A program made the translations under genes and the position numbers. The notes under the pieces are model-generated. The model did not search any database. It was not told where the DNA came from and saw only the letters and a program-made list of their open reading frames with translations. A DNA stretch of 63,901 nt, counting the filler, from Octopus bimaculoides (Eukaryota): the NCBI RefSeq assembly GCF_001194135.2. It is 4 parts of 4 records of this genome, joined end to end, with 100 filler letters (N's around TTAATTAATTAA, not from the genome) between each part and the next. Parts side by side here need not be neighbours in the genome. Positions count along the whole stretch, not along the records: positions 32,774 to 58,555 come from NC_068992.1; positions 58,656 to 63,901 come from NC_068983.1; 2 more parts are not named here. The stretch is one strand, 5' to 3'. Every line of letters starts with the position of its first letter. Positions within the stretch are counted from its first letter, which is position 1. Positions 53,295-63,901 of this stretch are shown here, piece by piece.

Positions 53295-53508
53295 TCTTGA
53301 ATTGTTTGTCGATTGCAAGCAGCACAAACATCCGAGTGATAACTGAAATCTCTGAATTAACATATAAGATACAAAGAAGGGGGTGTTTACATATTTCGTT
53401 GATGACAACAAGCGGTTGCAACATTAGAAAGAGAGAAAATACTCCTTTTTAAAAAATAAATAATAATCCCTCTCTAAATAATTATATTTAGTTATATCTA
53501 ACTAACAA

Positions 53509-54493
53509 ATGTATTCAAACTCAACGGATCTTAAATTTTCGAATGAGACTACAAAAGTTTCCTTGCAGAATAAAATTGGTGCAGAAGCCTGCAACGTACT
53601 AATGGAATTACGTAACACGGGTCAGCTATGTGATGCAGTGATCAAGGTAGACGAAGAGTCTTTCATGATACATCGCGCCATCTTATCTGCTTGTAGTCCC
53701 TATTTCCGAGTGTTGTTCACAAATGAAAAATTCGAGATAAACCGTCAAGAAGTCACCATAACTGACATCACAGTCGACATAATGCGATCCATTATTCAGT
53801 ATGCTTATACTCAGGATTGCTGTATTAACCATAACAATGTCAAATCTCTCCTCGTTGCGGCTGATTACTTCAATATCATAGGTTTACTAAGAATATGTTC
53901 TGAATATCTCATATCGCAATTAAATGCACACAACTGTATTGGAATTGAGAAATTCGCTCAAACATATTTCTGTCAAGAACTTCAACAAGTTGCCCATAGA
54001 TATCTGATGGTGAATTTCAGTGAAGTCTACAAAGTTTCCAATGAGTTCTTGCAGTTGAACGTGGATAATGTCTGTGAAATATTCGCTTCAGACGAACTCA
54101 ATGTTAGAAGTGAAGAGATAACTTTTAATGCCATCGTAAGATGGGTAGACCATGACCCAGGCAGTCGTGTAGCACGCATAGGCCAGTTATTGCAGACAAT
54201 GCGGTTAGGCCTTCTATCTACCGAATACTTTGTCGAGAAGGTAAAAAGTCACGAATATATAAAAGATAATACAAGTTGTAAACCGGTCGTTATCGAAACT
54301 CTGAAATTTCTCTGCAACCTCGACGTAGAGAAAGGGCTAAAAATAAACCAGAATAATCATATAACACGTCCAAGGCTCCCGCACGATATTCTCTTTATAT
54401 TCGGCGGCTGGAGTGGAAATAGTACAACTAACATAATTGAGACTTATGACTCACGGGCCGATCTGTGGGTGAAAAATACCAATATTAAATCTG
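53509..54493 (+). CDS. KLHL10: Kelch-like protein 10-like, coding exon 1 (BTB, BACK, start of Kelch 1)
   Basis: LCDAVIKV..FMIHRAILSACSPYFRVLF (BTB), NCIGI..FA..YFC.EL (BACK), RPRLPHDILFIFGGWSG..TNIIETYDSRADLW (characteristic of KLHL10); donor G/GTAGGT, phase 1. Confidence 0.9.
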
Positions 54494-54749
54494 GTAGGTA
54501 CTGAATTCAAAATCGAAGAGGTTCTTTTTTGGGGTTTTTTTTACCGCAACTCTCCATTGCTCATTATTCTTCATTTAATATTAATTTTACCTTCATTTAC
54601 CAATAAGAGAGATTACTAAGGCCGAACATTTGTAGTAATTTCGAGGGGTTTAATTGCGTGTTGTTTAAAGTTAGAAATAAGATATAAGGCTGTTTCATTG
54701 ATATGAGGGAATCAGTAGATCTCTGTCTAAAAAACAACAAAAAAACTCC

Positions 54750-54911
54750 ATGGTGAATTTCAAGGAAGTCTACAAAGTTTTGAATGAGCACGAGGGTAAA
54801 TAATATCAGCTAAACTCAATGTTAGAAGTGTAGAGATAATCTTTAATATAATACCATCGTTAGATGGGTGGATCTTAACCCAGAAAGTCATGTAGAACAC
54901 ACAGACCAGTT
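54750..54911 (+). pseudogene. Decayed duplicate of part of KLHL10-like exon 1 (source 54007-54188)
   Basis: ATGGTGAATTTCA..GAAGTCTACAAAGTTT..AATGAG...AACTCAATGTTAGAAGTG.AGAGATAA...CCATCGT.AGATGGGT.GA...CCAGTT, with a deletion and indels. Confidence 0.85.
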
Positions 54912-56008
54912 CAGAGTCGATACTCAGCCCTAACCTGGCTTTCCTTTTATTTCGTCCTCACAATGGACAAGAAAATAAGAACCAGAATTATATCGCTTTC
55001 GTAGCAATCGACTGCTACTTAGCATTTTCAACAAGCGATCCTGTCGCTTTACCGTTGCAAGTATATTTGTGTGACTCTAAGTGCGCGCAGTTTTGGTTGT
55101 CTGTAGGAAGTTTGCTTCACAACTGCGTATTGTTAACTTCAACATCCTAGGGCGGCAAACTAGCAGAATCGTTAGCACGCCAGACAATATGTGAAGTGCC
55201 ATTTCGTCCAAATTTACATTCAAGTTCCACTGAGGTCGATTTTACCTGTCATCCTTTCAAGATCGATGAAATAAGTACCATTTGAGCACCGGGGTCGATG
55301 TAATCGACCGGCCCCCCTCTCCTTGTGCCTATAGTATAAAGGTTTATTAAATTCAACCGAATACAGTCCCTCTACGCGACAATGGAGTAACAAGAGTATG
55401 TGCCACGCGTCACAGCCCTTGAGTTCGCAGCCCACCCTATCTATGACCCTTTACAGGATTATTCAGCAGATTTAAAAGTGCTGCCTTAATAAAGCGTTAC
55501 CCCTCACCGGCCCCAAATATGCTACTAACGCGACAACTAGGTACATGTATTCTATCATCGCTTCGAGTCTACCAGTGCCTTATCAGCGAAATTTAATAGA
55601 TGGAAACTGTGTGGAAGCCCGAGGGAGCACCATTCTTGTTTTTAAGGTAGTTGGACCCATTACCCTTTTTGATGCCACCACCGGATCTTTGGGTTTTCTG
55701 AAGCAGAATCCGCTCTATTGCAAGCAGCTATAGCACCATATCTTTCTCCCTTCAAAAGGGGCCACGGGGATGGGCATGTCCCTGTCTTTCCCTCTTCCTC
55801 TTTTGGCTAAAGTCTTTAAAAAAAAAAGTGAAGCGGTGATTATGAACTCAAGTAGGGATTATAATCCTAGCAGAAATCTAATTATCTTCTGAAGCACTTT
55901 AATCCGCAATGATAATAATCTGTTCGGGTTTCATTGCAACCCTGGGAGGAGAAGGTGCAGGCTGGCTTCATGCTGTACTATGCTGTCCTACGCACGCACA
56001 CACGCACG

Positions 56009-56064
<56 letters not shown>

Positions 56065-56112
56065 GAAAAGTACGGTGGTAGTCGTTGCCGCCCCGATGAC
56101 AACCACGATCAT

Positions 56113-56149
<37 letters not shown>

Positions 56150-56650
56150 TGATGATGATGATCATCATCATTCGACGATGATAATGATGATGATGATGAT
56201 GGTGATGATGATAATGATGATGATGATGATAATGATGATGATGATGATGATGATAATGATGATGATGATGACGACGACAATGATGATAATGATGATGATG
56301 ATGATGATGATGATGACGACGACGACGACGACATGTCTTGGTGTAAACGGTTGTTCAGCTTCAGTTTATTGCAGTTGTTTGTGTGACGAATTTCTTCATT
56401 AGATCGTGGTTATTCTTGTAGTTTAGCCCCAGGCCAGCCGTGGTTGATCAAACCTATGGTCAAATGCGTTCCCACCAAAGACCACTCAGTGGCTCTCAAC
56501 CATGTCTTACCTACGAATACCTTTGATTCCTGTTCTATTCCATCTCCACAGTTATTTGAAGTCTTAAAGAAATTCCAGTATGTTTTAATAATTAAATATT
56601 AGGAATTTTATTTTTAAAATATTGTTAAAATATTTTGTGTATTGTAGAAC

Positions 56651-56770
56651 TACAGTAATCCCTCGCCATATCGCGGTTCACTTATCACGGTTCACCTATC
56701 GCGGTTTCTTGTTTAAGCTTACGTCGATTCCTCCGTGGTGTTGTTTTGCATTTATAATAAAATGAATACT
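56651..56770 (+). mobile_element. Tigger/pogo-like terminal fragment
   Basis: TA-CAGTAATCCCTCGCCATATCGCGG, a typical pogo/Tigger terminus; the opposite end was not identified. Confidence 0.55.
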
Positions 56771-56989
56771 TGTTTTTACTTTTTTACTTTTTTACACGTT
56801 TCAGTCATTTGACTGTAGCCATGCTGGAGCACCGTCTTCAGTCGAAGAAATCGACCGCAGGACTTATTCTTTGTAAGCCTGTTTTGCCAAACCGCTAAGT
56901 TTCGGGAACATAAATACACCAACATCGGTTGATGGGGAGACAAACACAGACACAAAGACACACGTATAAACATACATACATACATACAT

Positions 56990-57023
<34 letters not shown>

Positions 57024-57127
57024 ACACGACGGGCTTCTTTCAGTTTCCGTCAACAAATCCATTCACAAAGCTTTGGTCGGCTCTATAAGTTGTCTATGAG
57101 TTGTTGTCCTGCTCTCTGTCATTGTAG

Positions 57128-57275
57128 ATTACCGAGCGTATCATGGTACCTGTGTTTTGGACCAACTGATTTACATCATCGGTGGCTTTGACGGTACAGA
57201 ATATTTCAACAGCGTTCGTTGTTTTGACCCAATCAAGCAAGTTTGGTCAGAAGCTGCTCCAATGTATACCAAACG
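57128..57275 (+). CDS. KLHL10: Kelch-like protein 10-like, coding exon 2 (Kelch repeat)
   Basis: TTGTAG acceptor, phase 1-2; (D)YRAYHGTCVLDQLIYIIGGFDGTEYFNSVRCFDPIKQVWSEAAPMYTK(R); donor CG/GTAATG. At 148 nt it is too short for the ORF track. Confidence 0.9.
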
Positions 57276-57412
57276 GTAATGTAGGTTCTGCATTTCTATA
57301 TTAACACAACTCATTTCGTCTACGTACCTTTTATTAATAATCAATTCATTTATTTCAATTTTGTTTTCTGCCTTTTTTTCAGTTAATTCAAAATATTATT
57401 GTTGGTTGAATT

Positions 57413-58086
57413 CAGTGGCGGCTCGTGCATAAGCACCGCCCAACTGCAGCTCCCCCTATTTCCACTCGATATTATTGGTAGCATTCAATGTAAAGAGTCC
57501 TTCTTTCTTTAATTCTTACTTTATACTTGTACATTATATAATCCTTACACTTAATGTCAGTAGCCATCCCCTAGTTTATGAAAAAAATAGAAAGATCCTT
57601 GGATAGAATTGTGCGCTTCACACTTCCAGCCACGCGGTGTTTGGCTGTTGTGCGCATGTTCACATGTCCGAGATAGGAAGCTTCACATTAGGGTGAGACA
57701 GGACTGTCGTTCACGCAGTGTTTCTTTTTGATTCCGAGTGTGTTGTGCTTAAAAACGTGTTTATTCTTGAATGTGATAAAGTGTAGCATTAGATTATTAT
57801 CCTGCTTCCAGCTTCAGTGTTACTGCCAGGATTTGAAAAATAGGGTACAACCCCACCTCTTTATTTTGTGATTTAGGGGGGATTTTTGAAAAGCAAGGTG
57901 GAATTCGCGACGATGTTCAGTGAACAAATTAAACACACTACTCATCAGTAGCTAAAACGCGAACCGATCAAGTTTATGTATAAATTTTCTTTTTATATGT
58001 TTGCTTCCTTTTACACAATATTAAAACAACGGCTAAAAATTTTCTGAAGCAACACCCCCACTAATTTTATCTTCGAGCCGCCACTG
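57413..58086. mobile_element. 674-bp non-autonomous hAT element with intact ends
   Basis: Perfect 13-bp TIRs CAGTGGCGGCTCG/CGAGCCGCCACTG; perfect 8-bp target duplication GTTGAATT at 57405-57412 and 58087-58094. Confidence 0.9.
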
Positions 58087-58116
58087 GTTGAATTACATAC
58101 ATACATATACATACAT

Positions 58117-58158
<42 letters not shown>

Positions 58159-58655
58159 ACACGTGCGTGTGTGTGTATGTTTATATACATACTACATGTA
58201 TACGTGTCTATCACTAGCGTAGATCGAGTGTGTGCCGCCCCTACCGACGTTCATCTACATGTACATATAGATACATAACTGGATACATGACGTGGCAAAA
58301 GAACAAGGACAAAATGGTAAACAAGGTGCAACAAACAAGCAGGCCACATAGAAACATCCCCTTCATCAGCTGCCACCATTAAAAACTCCGGCGTTTCGAA
58401 GAATTAAGGCAGTACGCATCGTTAAAATGGTTCTTCCCACGTACACAAATTAAATTGTTTTCGTGGAGGGTAGTGGCGGACGGAAAACAAGACAGGAAAA
58501 CGAAGCGGTGAAATAAACAAACAAAAAGGTTGTATAGCCAGACGTGAAGTGTGTANNNNNNNNNNNNNNNNNNNNNNNNNNNNNNNNNNNNNNNNNNNNT
58601 TAATTAATTAANNNNNNNNNNNNNNNNNNNNNNNNNNNNNNNNNNNNNNNNNNNN

Positions 58656-58854
58656 TTTATGACATCGTTCGTGCGTTTGTACTGGTTTTAACTTTAGGGT
58701 TTTAGGGTTAGGGTTAAGGTTATGAGTGAGGTTATGGCAAAAATAATCATAACCCTAACCGTAATCCTAAAACTAACCCTAACTCTAAAACCCGAACCCT
58801 AACCCTAAAACCCTAAAGTTAAAACCAGTACAAACGCACGAACGATGTCATAAA
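58656..58854. repeat. Foldback with 60-bp perfect arms containing inverted TTAGGG/CCCTAA repeats
   Basis: 58656-58715 is the exact reverse complement of 58795-58854; the interior has degenerate telomere-like repeats. Confidence 0.9.
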
Positions 58855-59239
58855 TAACAGTGACAAACGAAATATATACCGCTGATAGTTGTTGTTGATA
58901 ACGGATAGTTGCTGTTGACGAACAACGGCACTAATTTTATTCAAGGGAAAAGATCTCATGACACCGTTGTTTACATTCCACAGCATAATTGTTTTCACCT
59001 CAATAGACGTCAGTGATTGGTTGAAATTACCGAAATACGACAATTTTTTATCTGTTCTATAACACAAAATATACAAGTATTCGAAGTTTGAAAGTGTTTC
59101 GGTACCAAAATCACTACATAAAACATAAATGAAAAATGTTGCCCGTCAAACCAAAAAGATCCTAGCAATGACTGCGTCCTAACAAAACTCACCCTTCTGG
59201 TCTTTCTCTTAAAGGTTAAAAAATATTTCGGCTCCTAAA

Positions 59240-59620
59240 AGTTGGTGACACTCTGCAATGCTCAAATATATCTACAGTGAAGTGCTGCTCCCCTATCTTG
59301 GACGATGCTGCTGCTACACATGTAGGCATTCTGTGCTGTATGTAGAGGAAAGTCACTCGAATGATTGGCTTTAAATCACTAATTGATATGCACCAACCCC
59401 TATCCCACAGTTGTCTCCCCTCTCTGTCTTTTCTATCACCACTATAATGGCTTTTGTTCCTCAGAGCTGATTGATCTCGTACCTTCTCCACTCAAGCGCC
59501 CACGACCTACTCGTCACCTTTAGTGTCCAGCTCATCGGCCCTGCGCTGACCACTATGTTCATTCCTTTCTCTCCAGAACATTGGCCCTCTAGAATATTGT
59601 CCCCACTCGTCTTTCCTCCA
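59240..59620 (+). mobile_element. Decayed LINE (CR1/Jockey-like) RT C-terminal region
   Basis: With frameshifts reads AQI.S..K(C)CSPI...AAATH...RKVTRMIG...LSFLYHHYNGFCSSELIDLVPSP.KRPR.TR...SFLSRTLAL.NI.P..VFP. Confidence 0.65.
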
Positions 59621-61873
59621 GGCTCAACAAGTAAACAAAAATTACTAATAATAATGTCTTCTATCAGACGTAAAGAGCAGATATTTGAGAGATGGATTCG
59701 TGGATTGCACATTTTTTTTATACGACTCCCGGAAGGACAAAACACGAAGTCTACAATTTGAATTCTGACTAGAAAGGGGCTTTCTAAAAATCCGGCAATT
59801 TCTAATATTGGTTTCAAATTTTTGCACAAGGCCTGCAAGTTTGGTGGCTGGGTTAGCCGATTACATCGACTCCAGTGCTTAACTGGTACTTATTTTATCA
59901 CCCCGAAAGTATGAAAGGCAAAGTCGAAGCCCGAAGTGCTGCTAAGCATTTTGTCCGGTGTGCTAACAATTCTGTCAGCTCAGCGCCTTAAACTATTACT
60001 AATACTAATTACTAACATAACTTTTGTCACTTCACCGGTAAAACAAGATCTTTGGATTGGTTTGTAATTCATTTAGTGTTAGACAAGGTTTATTTCAGTA
60101 GTAGTAGTAGTAGTTGTTGTTGTTGTTGTTTTTGTTTAGACCTAGGCATCGATAGTGTAATTGGTCCATAATCAAATGTGCTCCAGCTCTCCAGCTGTTC
60201 TCATTCCGTCGATTTTTTTTTTTTTTTTTTTTTTNNNNNNNNNNNNNNNNNNNNNNNNNNNNNNNNNNNNNNNNNNNNNNNNNNNNNNNNNNNNNNNNNN
60301 NNNNNNNNNNNNNNNNNNNNNNNNNNNNNNNNNNNNNNNNNNNNNNNNNNNNNNNNNNNNNNNNNNNNNNNNNNNNNNNNNNNNNNNNNNNNNNNNNNNN
60401 NNNNNNNNNNNNNNNNNNNNNNNNNNNNNNNNNNNNNNNNNNNNNNNNNNNNNNNNNNNNNNNNNNNNNNNNNNNNNNNNNNNNNNNNNNNNNNNNNNNN
60501 NNNNNNNNNNNNNNNNNNNNNNNNNNNNNNNNNNNNNNNNNNNNNNNNNNNNNNNNNNNNNNNNNNNNNNNNNNNNNNNNNNNNNNNNNNNNNNNNNNNN
60601 NNNNNNNNNNNNNNNNNNNNNNNNNNNNNNNNNNNNNNNNNNNNNNNNNNNNNNNNNNNNNNNNNNNNNNNNNNNNNNNNNNNNNNNNNNNNNNNNNNNN
60701 NNNNNNNNNNNNNNNNNNNNNNNNNNNNNNNNNNNNNNNNNNNNNNNNNNNNNNNNNNNNNNNNNNNNNNNNNNNNNNNNNNNNNNNNNNNNNNNNNNNN
60801 NNNNNNNNNNNNNNNNNNNNNNNNNNNNNNNNNNNNNNNNNNNNNNNNNNNNNNNNNNNNNNNNNNNNNNNNNNNNNNNNNNNNNNNNNNNNNNNNNNNN
60901 NNNNNNNNNNNNNNNNNNNNNNNNNNNNNNNNNNNNNNNNNNNNNNNNNNNNNNNNNNNNNNNNNNNNNNNNNNNNNNNNNNNNNNNNNNNNNNNNNNNN
61001 NNNNNNNNNNNNNNNNNNNNNNNNNNNNNNNNNNNNNNNNNNNNNNNNNNNNNNNNNNNNNNNNNNNNNNNNNNNNNNNNNNNNNACTATGCTAACAAGT
61101 ATGTCCTCGTATTTGATAAGGTTTGATTTTAAGGAAATATAACTAATATTTCTTGCAAGTCGAGCAACCACGTGGACGCTTTCGCGTCACTTCATTTCAG
61201 CTGAGATTCGCTCGTAAAGTAAAAGTACTAGCATGCAGTTATTGTTGTTGTTGTTGTTGTTGTTGTTGTTCTTCTTCTTCTTCTTCTTCTTCTTCTTCTT
61301 CTTCTTCTTCTTCTTCTTCTTCTTCTTCTTTTTCTTCTTCTTCTCCTTTTTCTTTTCCTCTTCCTCCTTCTTTTCTTCTTCTTTATCGGGTAGGAGGTGT
61401 CTACTGCTTCAATCAATCATCAGACAAGATATTGGTAAGCTTCAATTAAAGCAAAAATAGCAACAACAACAACAACAACAACAACAATAATAATAATAAT
61501 AACAATAAGACACTAGATAATGTCACTCTTCTATAAGAACTGGTTCAACTGATAAGAGAAGAAACTCTGTTTTTTAAAAAAATAATTGTTTTCTGTCGTG
61601 TACTGCTGATTACCAAATGGACTCTGTCAGGCTGCCCCACACAGTCCAGTGTCTCGTTACTAAACCGCTGGTATCAACAGGACACTGGCTGGTACCTGCA
61701 TACTTCACCTTAACCCAGCACAGTGTTAGTTGTCTCATAGAATTTCAAATGAAACGAACAATGTAAAGCTAGTATCAAATGTATCGGTGTATGTTTGCAG
61801 ATGTATGTGTGTACGTGTGCGAGCGTACTTGCACGTGTGTGTCTGTGTTTTAAAGTGTAAGCTTGTATGTGTT

Positions 61874-61925
<52 letters not shown>

Positions 61926-62277
61926 NNNNNNNNNNNNNNNNNNNNNNNNNNNNNNNNNNNNNNNNNNNNNNNNNNNNNNNNNNNNNNNNNNNNNNNNNNN
62001 NNNNNNNNNNNNNNNNNNNNNNNNNNNNNNNNNNNNNNNNNNNNNNNNNNNNNNNNNNNNNNNNNNNNNNNNNNNNNNNNNNNNNNNNNNNNNNNNNNNN
62101 NNNNNNNNNNNNNNNNNNNNNNNNNNNNNNNNNNNNNNNNNNNNNNNNNNNNNNNNNNNNNNNNNNNNNATACATGCATGCATACATACATACATACATA
62201 CATACACACAAACATTCACACACACACACACACAGATAAATGTATATGTTTATATACATGAAATACATATATATCAC

Positions 62278-62343
<66 letters not shown>

Positions 62344-62879
62344 GTAATGGCTGGGTGCCACATGAAAATATACACAATAAACTCGGTAAAGGTCGAAATA
62401 AATGGATCTCCATCACTTTCGACGATGAATATCTAGTTATTCTATCAGCCGAACTACGTATACTAGCGTGTATGTTTGGCTGGCGTTAATTCACCGTTCT
62501 TGTTTGTTATCCAGTCAAAAAGAATGCAAATGGGAAAGTAGCAGCTGTTGATCGCCTTTTGTCTGGCTGTGTGGTTCGTCAGAGGATTAACCATGTGGCT
62601 GGTACTGTTCTCTTTCACGTCCGTTCTTTCAAACCAGTATTAGCATGTTGTTCTGCTTTCAGGTTAATCATATGATTGGTTGTATGATTAAAGATGTGTC
62701 TTGATATGATACAGGTCATACTGCTGGCCATGCGGTCGAAGGCATCCGTCCGCTTTATTAGGTATCCAGAGGTGGGTCTATTTTGAAGTTAGCTACCAGG
62801 AATATCAGTATATTAGGAATATACCAGGAATATCAGTATATTAGTATAAGTTGAGAGGAGCTCAAATCTTTAGTTTAGG

Positions 62880-63700
62880 ATAAGGAGTGGTGATGGCAGA
62901 TGCAGAAAAGTTACTCTGTGAAGCAGAGGCCACAGTACTTAGATTTGTTTCTGTATGTTACTATTTGCGTCTATGTGTCTATGATTGTCCATGCAATGTT
63001 TCTGCTGATTCCTGCAGCCTTTGGTTTCCAAATATGTTTGGATAGTGCTGCGAATTTTTCAGATGAACTACTTTTTGGTGGAATGAATTATTTTTTGGAG
63101 GGAGAAGGAATGCATTTTCTGTTAACGCTCTATAGCACGTCGAAGTGTTGTTGGAAAATACATCGACACAGTATATTAAACATTTTTCAAGACATTTTCT
63201 TTTTATGGGACATAGGTCAACTGTAAATGTTCCAAGCTATATCTTTTCATCGACTGTGTTAGTATCACCATAAGACGCTTGCTTTACACATTTTCATGAT
63301 GCTCAACATGTTCCTCAGAGCTGAAATTCACGTCTGCGCTGTTCTTGTTGAATAGCTGGCGATATTAGTTCCTAGTCCGGAAGTATTTTCTGGCGAGTAA
63401 AAGTTGTCTTGCAACATAAATTTAACATAGGTTTTGTATGTATGTAACATTCCACTTCCTTATATGATTAGGCGGTCCTTATTTTTCTCCACGAATTATT
63501 TTTTGTCTTTCTGAATAATAGCTGCATTGGACTACCACGTTATATTTTGCGGCGACCTTGTTTGATGTTATCCTTTAGCTGGCACTGCTGGGTAATTGTT
63601 TGATGATGTGTTGTGGACGTATAATAGGGTGATTTCGTTTTTTTATCTTTTTTGAACGGCCCATGTGACCCTGACAGTAAATCATGATAATTTGCATGAA
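62880..63700 (-). mobile_element. Degenerate Penelope-like element (RT thumb to GIY-YIG)
   Basis: Minus strand HIIKQLPSSAS*RI and ALSKHIWKPKAAGISRNIAWTII...YRNKSKYCGLCFTE. Confidence 0.7.
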
Positions 63701-63870
63701 CTTAACTTTTGTCAAAGTGTGCAAAATAAGCAATAATAAAATTCTTGGTTCATAGTTTGACAAGGGATTTCTCTTAATGACTCAGTTTGTGAGTGGAATT
63801 TGTTTAATGGTACTGTGTAGAAACCGCCAAATATATTTGTGGGTAAGTGTGACCTGTATTTGTATCTGTG

Positions 63871-63901
<31 letters not shown>

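Noticed and set aside
54494-54504. Single-exon KLHL10 ending at the TGA at 54502-54504, or an alternative donor at 54498
   Set aside because: The donor at 54494 gives the phase-1 join required by exon 57128; 54498 would be out of frame.
58340-58440. Minus-strand CGAAACGCC and CTGATGA words near 58365-58410
   Set aside because: The words are in the wrong order and the upstream core is degenerate (AACGATGCG); not supportable.
62420-62600. CGATGA...ATCAGCCGAAC (+) and CTGACGA (-) next to the PLE remnant
   Set aside because: The cores are incomplete and the stems do not form; at most decayed PLE ends.

Overview
Gapped (about 20 N-runs), AT-rich, microsatellite-dense animal genomic DNA. The SINE repertoire suggests an octopod cephalopod (inference from memory of the repeats, not a database hit). 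Genes: (1) a complete five-exon gene for a secreted serine beta-lactamase/D-Ala-D-Ala carboxypeptidase-fold protein (42270-51140, +, 516 aa, all GT-AG junctions and phases consistent); (2) an intact terminal exon of a diverged paralog at 35252-35874 whose upstream exons are not visible; (3) the first two coding exons of a KLHL10-like BTB-BACK-Kelch gene (53509-57275, +), with a decayed copy of part of exon 1 inside intron 1. The rest is tRNA-derived SINEs, Penelope-like retroelement (PLE) remnants, mariner/hAT/Tigger-type DNA transposons and MITEs, LINE remnants and simple repeats. Almost all ORF-track entries are microsatellite or N artefacts. The most unusual signals are minimal hammerhead-ribozyme motifs (two inside a tRNA-headed, inversion-prone repeat and one canonical motif in a gene intron) and a perfect foldback containing inverted TTAGGG repeats.
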